Shown piece by piece: positions 1 to 9,468 of a stretch of DNA of 64,000 nt. Source of the DNA: Alphaproteobacteria bacterium (GTDB taxonomy: Bacteria > Pseudomonadota > Alphaproteobacteria > Rs-D84); the NCBI GenBank assembly GCA_009783145.1, contig WRHR01000001.1:492-64491 (forward strand), given 5' to 3'. Both the position numbers and the translations under genes were made by a program. Under the pieces are notes generated by a model. That model searched no databases. It was not told the origin of the DNA and saw nothing but the letters and a program-made list of their open reading frames with translations. Numbering within the stretch: the stretch's first letter is position 1; every line of letters begins with the position of its first letter.

Positions 1-13
1 GGGTTTTTATCTC

Positions 14-3000
14 TTAGTAGATCCCCATATAGGACGTGCCCGCGACTTCGCCGGCTTCCTTATTCACCAGTATCATATAGTATCCGTCCGCGCCCAGCTC
101 TCCCGCCGTAGGCAATTGAATCACCCTGTCCGCGTCGATTCCGGTGCTGGTCAAGTTCCCGCTTCCATTCAGTCCCGCGATTTTGCCGTCCGTGCCGCCG
201 CCGGTAACTTTATCCGCCTTGCCGCCGACCGCTTCCGAAACCGCCTTGCCGGTGGTCAGACCCGCAGCGGAGCCCGTAACCCCGGTTCCCGCATCAATAA
301 CGCCTTTACCCGTCACAGTCTGGCCGTCCGTGCCCCAGATCGCGACGTTGCCCTCGGACGCCGTCAAATCTTCGGACTTATCCTGTTTATTTCCTGTGAG
401 CGTCTCTACAACCCCAGGAACGACTTCGTTAATCAGAGTCTCCCCATACTGGTACACGGCATGACCGGTGGTAAGACCCGTGGCATTCTCCACAATTCCG
501 GTGCCCGCATTTACAATCGCTAATTGACCGGCCGTGGAGTTCTTGCCATTGCCGTCATCCGCGCCCCAGGTCGCAACCGCGCCGGGCGTCATTCCCACGC
601 CTTTATCCTGCTTGTTCGCGTTATCGCCGCCGGAAAAACCGTCTATTACCTCGTCAACATAAGCCGTCACCGCGCCGCCTTCCACCAGCCAAGACGGATT
701 AGCCTGCATATCCGTTGAATTCGTCGCGACATCCTTGGTGCCGGACGTCTGCTCGCCGGTGCCCGCATCCCACAGCGCAACCTTGCCCTTTGCCGCAGTC
801 GCCGTAGAACCCGTCAGCTTGTCTTGCTTGTTCTTGACCGTGGTATTGTTGTTTATGATAGTATTGATATCCCCAGCATAGTTGTTGACATCAAGGTTTG
901 TTATCTCGTTGGTGACATAGTTATAGACATCTCCGCCTGTTACCAGTCCGGTTTCATTCTCGTCCACGCCGCCGCTTGCCGTTTTAACAAACAATTCGTT
1001 CGTGTCGCCGTCAAGGTCCAAGTGGCGCGCGCCGTCATACAGCACATTGATTGCATTGTCGTTGCCAGCATCTATCGCTATCGCGTCGCCGGCGGTATAA
1101 GTATCTCCGCTGCCGCCGCCGGTAGAGCTGATAACGCCAGCGCTGCTTATATTAATGTTGCTGCCCGCAGTATAAGTCGTACCGACAACCATCTTGCCTT
1201 CATTAGCATCGGTCCCGGGCGTTATGCTTACAAAATCCCCGGCAATATATTCGGCGCCGCTTCCGGGATTGGCGTCGATCAAAGCCTTGACCGCGCCGAT
1301 GGTCGGATAATTGACTTCCTTTTTGGCGCCATTGGCCAAGTCGGCCGCAATGTTCGTGCTGTCGGATTTATTCGCCTTGTCTTCCTTGCCGCTGATGTCC
1401 GTCGTCATCCCGTCCGTGATATTCGTAACAAAGTTATAAACGTTGCCGCCGGTAACCAGCCCGCCTTCTTCGTCGCCGACAGTGCCGGTTTTTACATACA
1501 ATTCCTTGCTGGTGCCGTCGACGCCCAAGTGGCGCGCGCCGTCATATAATACAGTAACCTTGTCGTCCAGCAGGTCCGCGGCGCTGATAGCGGCGCCGGC
1601 TTCCAAGGCGCCCTTGTCAAGCTTGCCCGTAACATCGTTGATTATATTCGTCACGGTCGTGCTGCTGTCTATAAGATTATTAACTTCATCCCCGAAATAG
1701 GTCGCAAAGTTTTCAGTGAGATCATTGGTCACATTGGTGGTGACATTTGTTTCAATCGTGCTCCCATATTCATACACGGCCTTGCCGGACGCATATTGAG
1801 TATCGGTCGCTCCGCTGGTTATGCCGGCTCCGCCGCCGGTTGTTGACTTCAGTTTATTAGTCGCAACTTCGACGCCCGGGACCGCAACGGTATCCTGCAA
1901 TATCGTATTCACATACAAATCCACTGTGCCGTCGGCGCTTCCCGCTTCCAGCCCGACGGAATTCACTACGCCGGCCTCAAACATCACATCCGCAATCGCT
2001 GTCGTAACCGCGCCGCCTTCAACCAGCCAGGAAGGATTGGAAGTCATGTCAGCTTTGCTTGTCGCGATGCCCTTGCCTGTGACAGTCTGGCCGCCCGCGC
2101 CCCAAAGCGCAACGTTGCCGGAGGTCGCCGATGCAGCTGTGGATTTATCCTGCTTGTTGCCGACTTCTTCTATAATGTTCGTTACAGTCGTGCTGTTATC
2201 TATGATATTGTTAATTTCCGTAGAATAGTTGTTGATATCTATGTTATCAATCTCATTCGTAACAAAATTATAAACATCGCCGCCGGTGACAAGCCCTCCG
2301 TTTCCGTCAGCCACGCTGCCGGTTTTGACATTCAGCTTATTATCGACAATGTTCAAATGAGTGTTGTCATACCGCACATTGACTTCATTGCTTGCGTTTA
2401 TATCCGTCGCGATGCCGCCATCGTAAATCTCGCCGCCGCCGAATTCGCTTTTCGCGCTTTGAATCGCTTCATACACGGCCTTGCCGGATGCATATTGAGT
2501 ATCGGTCGCTCCGCTGGTTATGCCAGCCCCGCCGCCGGTTGTTGACTTCAGCTTGTTGGTTACATCTTCCTTGCCGGCGATGTCTGTTTCCATACCGTCC
2601 GTTATATTCGTAACAAAGTTATAGACATTGCCGCCGGTGACCAGTCCAGTGCTTCCGTCGCCAACGCTGCCGGTTTTGACATTCAGCTCGTTCCCCGCAT
2701 TAACTTCCAAGTGAGTAGCATTATACTTCACATTGATTTCGTTGCTTGCGTTTATATTGGTAGCAACGCCGCCATAATAAGTCTCGCCGCCGCCCATCGA
2801 TGCGACATCAAGCAGATTGTTCCAAGTGCCATCAGTCAAACGATATTGAATAAATCCGCCGAAAACGCGCATCTCCACCGACTTGCCGTCGGCGCCGGCC
2901 GGACCCGCATCGCCCTGCAGTTCGGATATCGAAACCAAGTTATTCCAAGTAAGGTCGCCTTCGTACTGCCATTGCAGATATGTGCCGTTGTTCCGGATTA

Positions 3001-3427
3001 TAATCTCGCGAGCGTCCTCGCCGCCTTTTCCGCCCTCGCACTTTCCTTCGCAGGCGCCTTCAAGTTCGTTTATCAAACTTAGCAAGTAATCATATTGTTG
3101 CTGAGAAACGCAATCGACGCAGTTTCCGCCTCCGGCCGTCGGAACCTTTATGCTGGATCCGGGCGTTAATTGATTGGCCGTTGAATTCAGGTATTTGCCG
3201 ATAGAGTTCCGCGCGACAGTTCCGCCGCTGGCGGAACGCGCGGTGCTGGCGCTCGCGCCCGATAGCGCGGTGCCGACCCTTGCCGGCGCAGCAGAACGCG
3301 TAGGCGTGGGCGCGCCGCTAACCGCCGGCGCCCCGGCAGACTTAATGGTAACGGCGGCGCCGGCAGACCAAGCGCCGGTTCCCGCCAATATCATTATCGC
3401 TGCGAATATACCAAAAGACTTCGTCAT
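14..3427 (-). CDS. Large repetitive secreted surface protein (1137 aa) with adhesin-like internal repeats (LVTGGxVYNFVTN, GITSGATDTQYASGKAVYE, NVAxWG..GQTVTGKG, each 3-4x). The N-terminal signal peptide is MTKSFGIFAAIMILAGTGAWSA.
   Basis: Long uninterrupted ORF with internal tandem aa repeats and a signal peptide. No recognisable YadA-type C-terminal anchor. Confidence 0.55.
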   Translation of the reverse strand: MTKSFGIFAAIMILAGTGAWSAGAAVTIKSAGAPAVSGAPTPTRSAAPARVGTALSGASASTARSASGGTVARNSIGKYLNSTANQLTPGSSIKVPTAGGGNCVDCVSQQQYDYLLSLINELEGACEGKCEGGKGGEDAREIIIRNNGTYLQWQYEGDLTWNNLVSISELQGDAGPAGADGKSVEMRVFGGFIQYRLTDGTWNNLLDVASMGGGETYYGGVATNINASNEINVKYNATHLEVNAGNELNVKTGSVGDGSTGLVTGGNVYNFVTNITDGMETDIAGKEDVTNKLKSTTGGGAGITSGATDTQYASGKAVYEAIQSAKSEFGGGEIYDGGIATDINASNEVNVRYDNTHLNIVDNKLNVKTGSVADGNGGLVTGGDVYNFVTNEIDNIDINNYSTEINNIIDNSTTVTNIIEEVGNKQDKSTAASATSGNVALWGAGGQTVTGKGIATSKADMTSNPSWLVEGGAVTTAIADVMFEAGVVNSVGLEAGSADGTVDLYVNTILQDTVAVPGVEVATNKLKSTTGGGAGITSGATDTQYASGKAVYEYGSTIETNVTTNVTNDLTENFATYFGDEVNNLIDSSTTVTNIINDVTGKLDKGALEAGAAISAADLLDDKVTVLYDGARHLGVDGTSKELYVKTGTVGDEEGGLVTGGNVYNFVTNITDGMTTDISGKEDKANKSDSTNIAADLANGAKKEVNYPTIGAVKALIDANPGSGAEYIAGDFVSITPGTDANEGKMVVGTTYTAGSNINISSAGVISSTGGGSGDTYTAGDAIAIDAGNDNAINVLYDGARHLDLDGDTNELFVKTASGGVDENETGLVTGGDVYNYVTNEITNLDVNNYAGDINTIINNNTTVKNKQDKLTGSTATAAKGKVALWDAGTGEQTSGTKDVATNSTDMQANPSWLVEGGAVTAYVDEVIDGFSGGDNANKQDKGVGMTPGAVATWGADDGNGKNSTAGQLAIVNAGTGIVENATGLTTGHAVYQYGETLINEVVPGVVETLTGNKQDKSEDLTASEGNVAIWGTDGQTVTGKGVIDAGTGVTGSAAGLTTGKAVSEAVGGKADKVTGGGTDGKIAGLNGSGNLTSTGIDADRVIQLPTAGELGADGYYMILVNKEAGEVAGTSYMGIY

Positions 3428-3452
3428 TTATTCTCTCTCTCGCCGCCACAAC

Positions 3453-4463
3453 TTAGAAGTAATACCGCAGCCCCAAGCTTATCGCGTTGTTTATCAACCA
3501 GCTTGTTTTATTGGTGAACGTATGTATGTCGGCTGGTGCCGGCGGCGTCAGTTGGAAATCAAGCGACTGCTTGGTTCCGCTGAAAGTATAGAGCTTGTAA
3601 CCCAGGTCCAAAGCGAATCGTTCGTCGATTCTCCATTGATAGCCCGCCATCAACGCAAGCATTGGGGAAGCCACGCGCTCTTTCGAGTTGCCATGCGTAT
3701 TATTCAGGAAAAATATTTCGGTGCCGCCGGCATGAATTTCCGTCGTCGGGAAAGCTATGCCAAGGCCCGGTCCGAAATACAGGCTGCTGCGCGTCGCGCC
3801 GGAAAAATTATACAGCGCGTTGACCGCAAGATACGGCGCGGAAATCGCAAACGACACGTCGTCCGCGTTGGTCGAATATTCGCCGGTATAGCCGCCTTCC
3901 AATTCGAATCGCCATTCGGCGTCATAGTTCATACCCGCGCTTGCGGCAAATCCCAGCATCGGTTTGAAATTAAACTCGTCCGTGCAGTATTCCCCGCCCA
4001 CGCAGAAAACGCCGTCGGTATAATGCTTGGAAGTAAAGCTTGCCAGAGTATGCACATACTTCAGCGCGGCGTACCACTCGCGGCTCACCGGCTCTTCATA
4101 GCGATACATTACGGACGGGCGCACGTCATTTTGCGCGACTGCCACCGGAACGATTTGTTCCTGGTAAACTTCGCGCTGCACGTATGCGGGCTGTGCGACC
4201 ATTGTCGGCTGCGAGGACATCGTAATGGGCTGGTTAGCCGTCGTGGGCTGGCTGACCGTCGCCGGCTGAGTAATCACGACATTGGTGGCTCGCGGTTTGG
4301 GCGGACCATAGCTGAAGTTATTTATGACCATCGTATCGGTGCTTGACCGGACGGGACGATCGACCTGATCGTTGCCGTACACATCGCCGATGTTAGCGCT
4401 GAAAGCGGCGCCAGAAAGGGCAAATATTCCCAATGACAGCGCAGTAAAGAACTTGATTTTCAT
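3453..4463 (-). CDS. Outer-membrane beta-barrel protein of the OmpA-like/porin-family type
   Basis: Signal peptide MKIKFFTALSLGIFALSGAAFS, alternating amphipathic strands, and a C-terminal ...LGLRYYF ending in Phe. Confidence 0.6.
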   Translation of the reverse strand: MKIKFFTALSLGIFALSGAAFSANIGDVYGNDQVDRPVRSSTDTMVINNFSYGPPKPRATNVVITQPATVSQPTTANQPITMSSQPTMVAQPAYVQREVYQEQIVPVAVAQNDVRPSVMYRYEEPVSREWYAALKYVHTLASFTSKHYTDGVFCVGGEYCTDEFNFKPMLGFAASAGMNYDAEWRFELEGGYTGEYSTNADDVSFAISAPYLAVNALYNFSGATRSSLYFGPGLGIAFPTTEIHAGGTEIFFLNNTHGNSKERVASPMLALMAGYQWRIDERFALDLGYKLYTFSGTKQSLDFQLTPPAPADIHTFTNKTSWLINNAISLGLRYYF

Positions 4464-4489
4464 ATTAAATCCTTGTTTTCATTCGTCGC

Positions 4490-4498
4490 ATTATATCA
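4490..4498 (-). promoter_or_regulatory. Candidate extended -10 promoter (TGATATAAT on the minus strand) for the OMP gene
   Basis: The reverse complement of attatatca reads TGnTATAAT about 25-35 nt upstream of the ATG at 4463. Confidence 0.35.
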
Positions 4499-4574
4499 AA
4501 AAATCGAATGCGATAAAACAACTAAATTTAAAAAAATTGTGTTGACTTTGCCCGCGAAATTATATTAGGGCGAT

Positions 4575-5600
4575 TTAATTTTTTTTGGATTTAATCTCGC
4601 GCCATATTTCGCGATTGGCCTTGTGGCTTTCGTAATCGTTGGAGAAATTATGCCCGCCATTGCCGTCCGCCACGAAAAACAAATAATTGGTGTCCGCGGG
4701 ATTCAAGACGGCGGTGATGGCGGCCCAACCCGGATTCGCGATAGGACCGGGCGTCAAGCCATGGTTCTTGTAAGTATTGAACGGATGGTCGATCTGCAAA
4801 TGCACGGTTAACAGCGGAGCGCCCTGCATATCGCCCAGCCGGTCCGTTATGGCATAAACTACGGTTGGATCGGCCTGCAGCCTCATGTTCGAACGCAGAC
4901 GGTTCAGATACACGCTTGCCACCAAAGGCATTTCGCTGGCTTTGGGCGTTTCTTTTTCGACCAAAGACGCAAGGATTATGACTTCGTCCCAAGACTTTAA
5001 TGGGCGCGGCAAACGCCGGCCGGAAATTTCCCACTTGCGTTTTATTTCCTGCATCTTGTCGCTCATTAATTTTACTACGGCCGCGCGATGAACTCCTTTT
5101 GGCACATTATAAGTATCCGGAAACAATTCGCCCTCTTTCGGGCAAGCGGAGGGGCACGCGTCCCCAGTTAAAAATCCGTTCTCGTTCAATAATGAGACTA
5201 TTTGCCGAACGGTAAAGCCTTCGGGAATAACTATGACGGTGCTGGCGATGTGGCCGTTTGCGAACATCTTCGCAATCCGCCATTGGCTGGCGCCGCGGGG
5301 AATATCATACAGACCCGCCTGAACGCGCCCACCATGCAACCGAACCAAAACTTTGAAAGTATCCGCGGAATTTACCCAGCCGCGCTTTTCAAGGGATGCG
5401 GCAACCCCGCCGACTGTCGCGCCCTGGCTTATCTCAAATGAAACCGGCGCGCGCACTCCGCTGCGAATTCCAAGGGACCAGAAAACCATCAGCGCCGCGA
5501 TCAGCGCCAACAATACGGATAACACGATAAACCAGTGCCTGAAATAAAATTTCGCACTGAACCATTTGCTTGTAGATCGCTTTGCTTTGCGTTTTTTCAT
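4575..5600 (-). CDS. mltG: Endolytic murein transglycosylase MltG (YceG family). The start is trimmed to MKKRKAKRS.
   Basis: N-terminal TM helix, then YceG motifs (ASLVEKETPKASEMPLVASVYLNRL...DPTVVYAI...FFVADGNGGHNFS). Confidence 0.8.
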   Translation of the reverse strand: MKKRKAKRSTSKWFSAKFYFRHWFIVLSVLLALIAALMVFWSLGIRSGVRAPVSFEISQGATVGGVAASLEKRGWVNSADTFKVLVRLHGGRVQAGLYDIPRGASQWRIAKMFANGHIASTVIVIPEGFTVRQIVSLLNENGFLTGDACPSACPKEGELFPDTYNVPKGVHRAAVVKLMSDKMQEIKRKWEISGRRLPRPLKSWDEVIILASLVEKETPKASEMPLVASVYLNRLRSNMRLQADPTVVYAITDRLGDMQGAPLLTVHLQIDHPFNTYKNHGLTPGPIANPGWAAITAVLNPADTNYLFFVADGNGGHNFSNDYESHKANREIWREIKSKKN

Positions 5601-5676
5601 ATCGCGCGGTATGATACAGACTTTATTATTGCTTTCCAATGATTTTTTCATTAAATTTTTATCAAAAGGAAAAAAT

Positions 5677-6036
5677 ATGAATCTCACGCAAAAACAAATT
5701 GATTTTATTAATGAAAACGAGTGGGTGGTCTTCGCAACCGCATCAAATACGGGAAATCCTCGCGCTGCCGTGGTTATGCCGTCGCGCGTTGAACCAGACC
5801 GCATAATACTTTCCAACGTTCAAATGGGCAAGTCAGAGAAAAATATCCGCGAAAACGGCCAAGCGTTCATCTCGTCTTACAAAGGCGATACTCAAATCAA
5901 AGTTTCCGGCATGGCGAAATATCAGGATTCCGGTACTTTATTTGAAGAAATCCGCGACTTTGAAGCAACCCGCGATGCAGATGTCAAAGGGATAATTATC
6001 TTAAATATCCAAGAGATTGAGCAAACGGAAGGATAA
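5677..6036 (+). CDS. Pyridoxamine 5'-phosphate oxidase-like FMN-binding protein (general stress protein 26 type)
   Basis: MNLTQKQIDFINENEWVVFATASNTGNPRAAVVMP... fold signature. RBS aaagga lies 7 nt upstream. Confidence 0.55.
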   Translation: MNLTQKQIDFINENEWVVFATASNTGNPRAAVVMPSRVEPDRIILSNVQMGKSEKNIRENGQAFISSYKGDTQIKVSGMAKYQDSGTLFEEIRDFEATRDADVKGIIILNIQEIEQTEG

Positions 6037-6079
6037 TTTCCCAAATAATATTTTAACAAAATTTTTCTTTGAAAAATTT

Positions 6080-6152
6080 TGTCATTCCCGCGTAGGCGGG
6101 AACAGGGTCTATGAACCGCAAGCGCAAGCGAGCCAAAGGTCTTAAAGACCCA
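6080..6152. repeat. Family-B hairpin element (TGTCATTCCCGCGTAGGCGGGAAC ... GCAAGCGCAAGCGAGCC), homologous to the element at 36493-36560
   Basis: Palindrome ttcccgc-gtag-gcgggaa. The same about 70-bp sequence recurs at 36493-36560. Confidence 0.7.
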
Positions 6153-6205
6153 CTCTGGCCTGTGCCGGAGTGACAATTTTTTGTAAAACAAAAAATTGTG
6201 AAAAA

Positions 6206-7456
6206 TTAAACCTTCTTCAAAACTATACTCGCATTCGTGCCGCCGAAGCCGAATGAGTTCGAAAGTGTGACTTCAACTTTGCGTTTTTTCGCCACATTCG
6301 GAACTAAATCGAAATTGCCAACCGCATCTTCCGGATCTTCCAGATTAATTGTCGGCGGAACAATCTGGTCGCGGATTGCCAGAGTGCTGAATATAGCCTC
6401 CACCGCGCCCGCCGCGCCCAGCAAGTGTCCCGTCATCGACTTCGTGCTGGACATTGAAACCGGCGCATCACCAAATAATGTTTTTACCGCTTCCAATTCG
6501 CCCGGATCCCCGACCGGTGTTGATGTTCCGTGCGCGTTGATATAATCCACCGCAGATGGCGCCAGCCCCGCGTCTTTCAGCGCCGCGCGCATTGCGCGCA
6601 AGCCGCCCTCGCCCCCTTCGGCCGGGGCCGTTATATGGCTGGCATCCGCGCTCATTCCGTAACCCGCGACCTCGGCATAAATTTTTGCGCCGCGCGCTTT
6701 TGCATGCTCGTATTCTTCCAACACCAAAATACCCGCGCCTTCGCCCATTACGAATCCATCGCGGCCTTTATCCCAGGGACGCGACGCGCGCGTCGGTTCG
6801 TCATTGCGCGTGGAAAGCGCGCGCATAGCGCAAAATCCCGCCATACCCAATCGTCCGATACCTGCTTCGGCCCCACCGCAAATCATAATATCCGCGTCGC
6901 CGTATTTTATAAGACGCGCAGCTTCGCCGATAGAATGCGTGCCGGTCGCGCAAGCCGTAACAATCGACAGGTTAGGCCCTTTAAGCCCGTACTTTATGGA
7001 AATATGCCCGGCCGCAAGATTTATAATCGACTTTGGCACAAAGAACGGGGAAACGCGACGCGGACCATGTTCTTTTAATTCCAGACTGGTTTCATAAATC
7101 GTAGTCATGCCGCCGATTCCGGAGCCTACATGCACGCCTATGCGTTCAAGGTCGATCGTTTCCAGATTTAAATTTGCATCGCGCACCGCTTCGTCCGCGG
7201 CGACAAGCGCATATACGATAAATTTATCCATTCGGCCCTGTTCTTTTGGAGAAACGATTGCGTCGGGATTATATTCGCCTGGCCCATCGCCGATTGTTAG
7301 CAAGCCCGCGATTTGCACGGGTAAATCCGCGAATTCTTCACCGTCCAGGTTCCGTATGCCGGACCGGCCGGCGACTATATTTTCCCAGGCAAATGAAATG
7401 CCCGTGCCGACTGGGGAGACTATCCCCATGCCGGTAATGACAACTCTGCGCGTCAT
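6206..7456 (-). CDS. fabF: 3-oxoacyl-ACP synthase II
   Basis: MTRRVVITGMGIVSPVGTG..., the KAS II active-site context, and full-length 416-aa conservation. Confidence 0.95.
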   Translation of the reverse strand: MTRRVVITGMGIVSPVGTGISFAWENIVAGRSGIRNLDGEEFADLPVQIAGLLTIGDGPGEYNPDAIVSPKEQGRMDKFIVYALVAADEAVRDANLNLETIDLERIGVHVGSGIGGMTTIYETSLELKEHGPRRVSPFFVPKSIINLAAGHISIKYGLKGPNLSIVTACATGTHSIGEAARLIKYGDADIMICGGAEAGIGRLGMAGFCAMRALSTRNDEPTRASRPWDKGRDGFVMGEGAGILVLEEYEHAKARGAKIYAEVAGYGMSADASHITAPAEGGEGGLRAMRAALKDAGLAPSAVDYINAHGTSTPVGDPGELEAVKTLFGDAPVSMSSTKSMTGHLLGAAGAVEAIFSTLAIRDQIVPPTINLEDPEDAVGNFDLVPNVAKKRKVEVTLSNSFGFGGTNASIVLKKV

Positions 7457-7558
7457 GTTTATTCCTTTCGTTTTATTGAAAACATATTCCAGATATTACA
7501 TATCCAAGGAAAAATTGCAAGGGATTGTAAGAGTATAAACAGAAACGACCCAAAGGGT

Positions 7559-7650
7559 CGTCACCCCGGCGAAGGCCAGGGTCCATTGCGTCGCAGGCAA
7601 TCAATAATGCTGCGCAGCAGTAGGTCCCGGCCTTCGCCGGGATGACGACT
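7559..7650. repeat. Family-B palindromic element with terminal inverted arms (GTCACCCCGGCGAAGGCCAGGGTCC ... GGTCCCGGCCTTCGCCGGGATGACG)
   Basis: Inverted-repeat arms seen directly. Related hairpins occur at 6082, 32018, 36496, 36967, 38416, 59035 and 62330. Confidence 0.7.
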
Positions 7651-7701
7651 GAGTGTGTTTGAATAAAGTGCCAACAAAAATATCCTTGACAAATAATATA
7701 A

Positions 7702-7965
7702 ATGATTTATGATATGATAATAACCGACAAATTAGGAGATAAGAAAATGAAATATCAGGTAAAATTTGATGAAAAACAAATAATTGCAATGATTGATTTA
7801 GTAACTAGAGAGCTAGGCGTTATAGATGGTCAGGCAAATTTCATGTCTGAATCGTATAATTTTGAAAACAGTTTTTCCATTCACTATGACGCAGGCATTG
7901 AAAGAACCAAAAGAAGGAACAATCTTCTGGGAATACGTCATGAGTTGATGCAGATAAAAAGGTAG
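7702..7965 (+). CDS. Small AT-rich hypothetical ORF in the acpP-fabF spacer
   Basis: 87-aa ORF in an atypically AT-rich 580-bp spacer, followed by a terminator hairpin. There is no homology signal. Confidence 0.25.
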   Translation: MIYDMIITDKLGDKKMKYQVKFDEKQIIAMIDLVTRELGVIDGQANFMSESYNFENSFSIHYDAGIERTKRRNNLLGIRHELMQIKR

Positions 7966-8004
7966 AAAGTATATAAAATACAGAAATATGAAAATGATAG
8001 TAAT

Positions 8005-8035
8005 TGTGCCAAAAAAACCGCGCAATGCGCGGTTT
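8005..8035. terminator. Bidirectional rho-independent terminator (ccgcgcaatgcgcgg flanked by A-run and T-run)
   Basis: GC hairpin with poly-T on both strands. It sits immediately 3' of acpP. Confidence 0.7.
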
Positions 8036-8037
8036 TT

Positions 8038-8292
8038 TTACTTTTTCGCCGGAGCGGCTGGCTTTACGTTTGCGTCTATATACTTAACAGCATCGCCCAC
8101 GGTTTGCATTTTCGCGGCGGCATCGTCCGGAATGGTGATGTTGAATTCTTTTTCCACTTCCATAACGAATTCCACAACGTCCAGACTGTCCGCGCCCAGA
8201 TCCGCGACAAATTTGGCTTCCATGGTGACCTTTTCTTTCGCAACGCCAAGTTTATCGACGATGATGGCTTGAACTTTATCAAAAGTACTCAT
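8038..8292 (-). CDS. acpP: Acyl carrier protein
   Basis: ...[26 protein letters not shown]... contains the phosphopantetheine-attachment DSL motif. Confidence 0.95.
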   Translation of the reverse strand: MSTFDKVQAIIVDKLGVAKEKVTMEAKFVADLGADSLDVVEFVMEVEKEFNITIPDDAAAKMQTVGDAVKYIDANVKPAAPAKK

Positions 8293-8430
8293 TTTTTATC
8301 CTTTTTTTGAGTTTAACTCTGGCGCCCTTTTTTCTCTTATTTTGTTCGGGCAACTTTCCACAAGATACCACCCAAAGCCCCCCCGTGTCAAGATTTATAA
8401 CAAATTATAACAAAGCGGAGTTTGTCAATT

Positions 8431-9468
8431 CTAACCGAGATTATTTAATACGTTATTCATATTTTCGCGCAGATGCTCCCTGTCCGCAGTCCAAGCCAGC
8501 CGCCGCGATAAGAATTTATAAATATCATTCATCTGAATACCGGATAAGCCTGCTGCTGCGGTTAAATTATGCCATGACGCGCGCGGATCGGTCAGATGGC
8601 CTTTGCGCGAAGGAAATACGAATGCGCTCGATTGCGGTATATTGCGCAGCAAGACTACGGCCGGATCGCTTAGTGCCCGCCCGTTCCAAGTATCGCTGTT
8701 GAAATCAAGATCGCGCCAGCGCATTGAAAACACTGCGGACTTTGGCGAGAACCCGAATACCAGCATCAGAAACGCGCTACGGATTGCGGCACTTCTTTCT
8801 TTTTTAATCGCTGACAGCAGCCGCGAGAACTCGGCGGCGGAAAGTTTGCGCGTACGGCGTTTTTCAGCGAACTTTTTCAGATTTTCGGCCGGATTCTCGC
8901 GGATATGGCCGCTCTCGGCGGCAAACTTAAACATGCTTTTCATAATTTCCAGCATGCGGTTTGCCGTGGCGCGTCCGGCGGTTTCCGCGATGTTTTCATG
9001 CACCGCATTCAATTCCGACACGGTGATATCTGCAACAAAACGCGGTATCAAGAACGCCCAATGGCGGGCGACGCTGCGTTCCAGCTTTTTCATACTCGCC
9101 GGCGCGCGGGCGATTTTCTTTGAGGCATAATTTGCGAACAAGCGACCGAATGTAATCTTCGCGCTGCGTTTCACCGCGGGTTTGACCGCAATCGCAATCT
9201 TTTCCGACACCGCATGACGCGCTTCGTCGATCGATACATCGGGATAGCGCCCGATAATTATACGAACATCGCGCCCACTGCCGCGACCTGCCCCCCGAAG
9301 CCCTGGCGAAGGGGGGACGCGTTTTCTGGTAAAAAAAGTCTTGATGCCGCGCGCGGTGACATAAAGGCGAAGACGAGGTTCCGAAATATCTTGCACCACA
9401 TCAAATCCTGCCGCCGGCACGCTCAGGTTATCCAAAATATGCGGCGAAAAGAAGAATTGATGGCTCAT
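8431..9468 (-). CDS. Phage-integrase-family (P4-like tyrosine recombinase) homologue, probably catalytically degenerate
   Basis: Arm-binding-type N-terminus (RLYVTARGIKTFFTRKRV...GRYPDVSIDEARHAVSE) and a core-binding region ending ...HIRENPAENLK. In the C-terminal catalytic region the expected conserved Arg of the first box and the HxLR box are substituted (GFS, WHNLT). Confidence 0.5.
   Translation of the reverse strand: MSHQFFFSPHILDNLSVPAAGFDVVQDISEPRLRLYVTARGIKTFFTRKRVPPSPGLRGAGRGSGRDVRIIIGRYPDVSIDEARHAVSEKIAIAVKPAVKRSAKITFGRLFANYASKKIARAPASMKKLERSVARHWAFLIPRFVADITVSELNAVHENIAETAGRATANRMLEIMKSMFKFAAESGHIRENPAENLKKFAEKRRTRKLSAAEFSRLLSAIKKERSAAIRSAFLMLVFGFSPKSAVFSMRWRDLDFNSDTWNGRALSDPAVVLLRNIPQSSAFVFPSRKGHLTDPRASWHNLTAAAGLSGIQMNDIYKFLSRRLAWTADREHLRENMNNVLNNLG

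Noticed and set aside
14-3427. Calling the 1137-aa repetitive protein a trimeric autotransporter
   Set aside because: The head/stalk-like repeats are suggestive, but the C-terminus (…YYMILVNKEAGEVAGTSYMGIY) lacks the YadA-type four-strand anchor seen in 15141..17144. It is kept as a generic repetitive surface protein.
3174-4346. 390-aa plus-strand ORF overlapping the OMP gene on the opposite strand
   Set aside because: Antisense shadow ORF in GC-rich DNA. The minus-strand gene has a clear signal peptide and the beta-barrel C-terminal motif, whereas this one is Arg/Ala-rich low-complexity.
8293-8430. tRNA gene next to the integrase-like gene
   Set aside because: No cloverleaf-compatible sequence with a T-loop GTTCRANYC motif was recognisable by eye in the flanks. 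No tRNA is called anywhere in the window.
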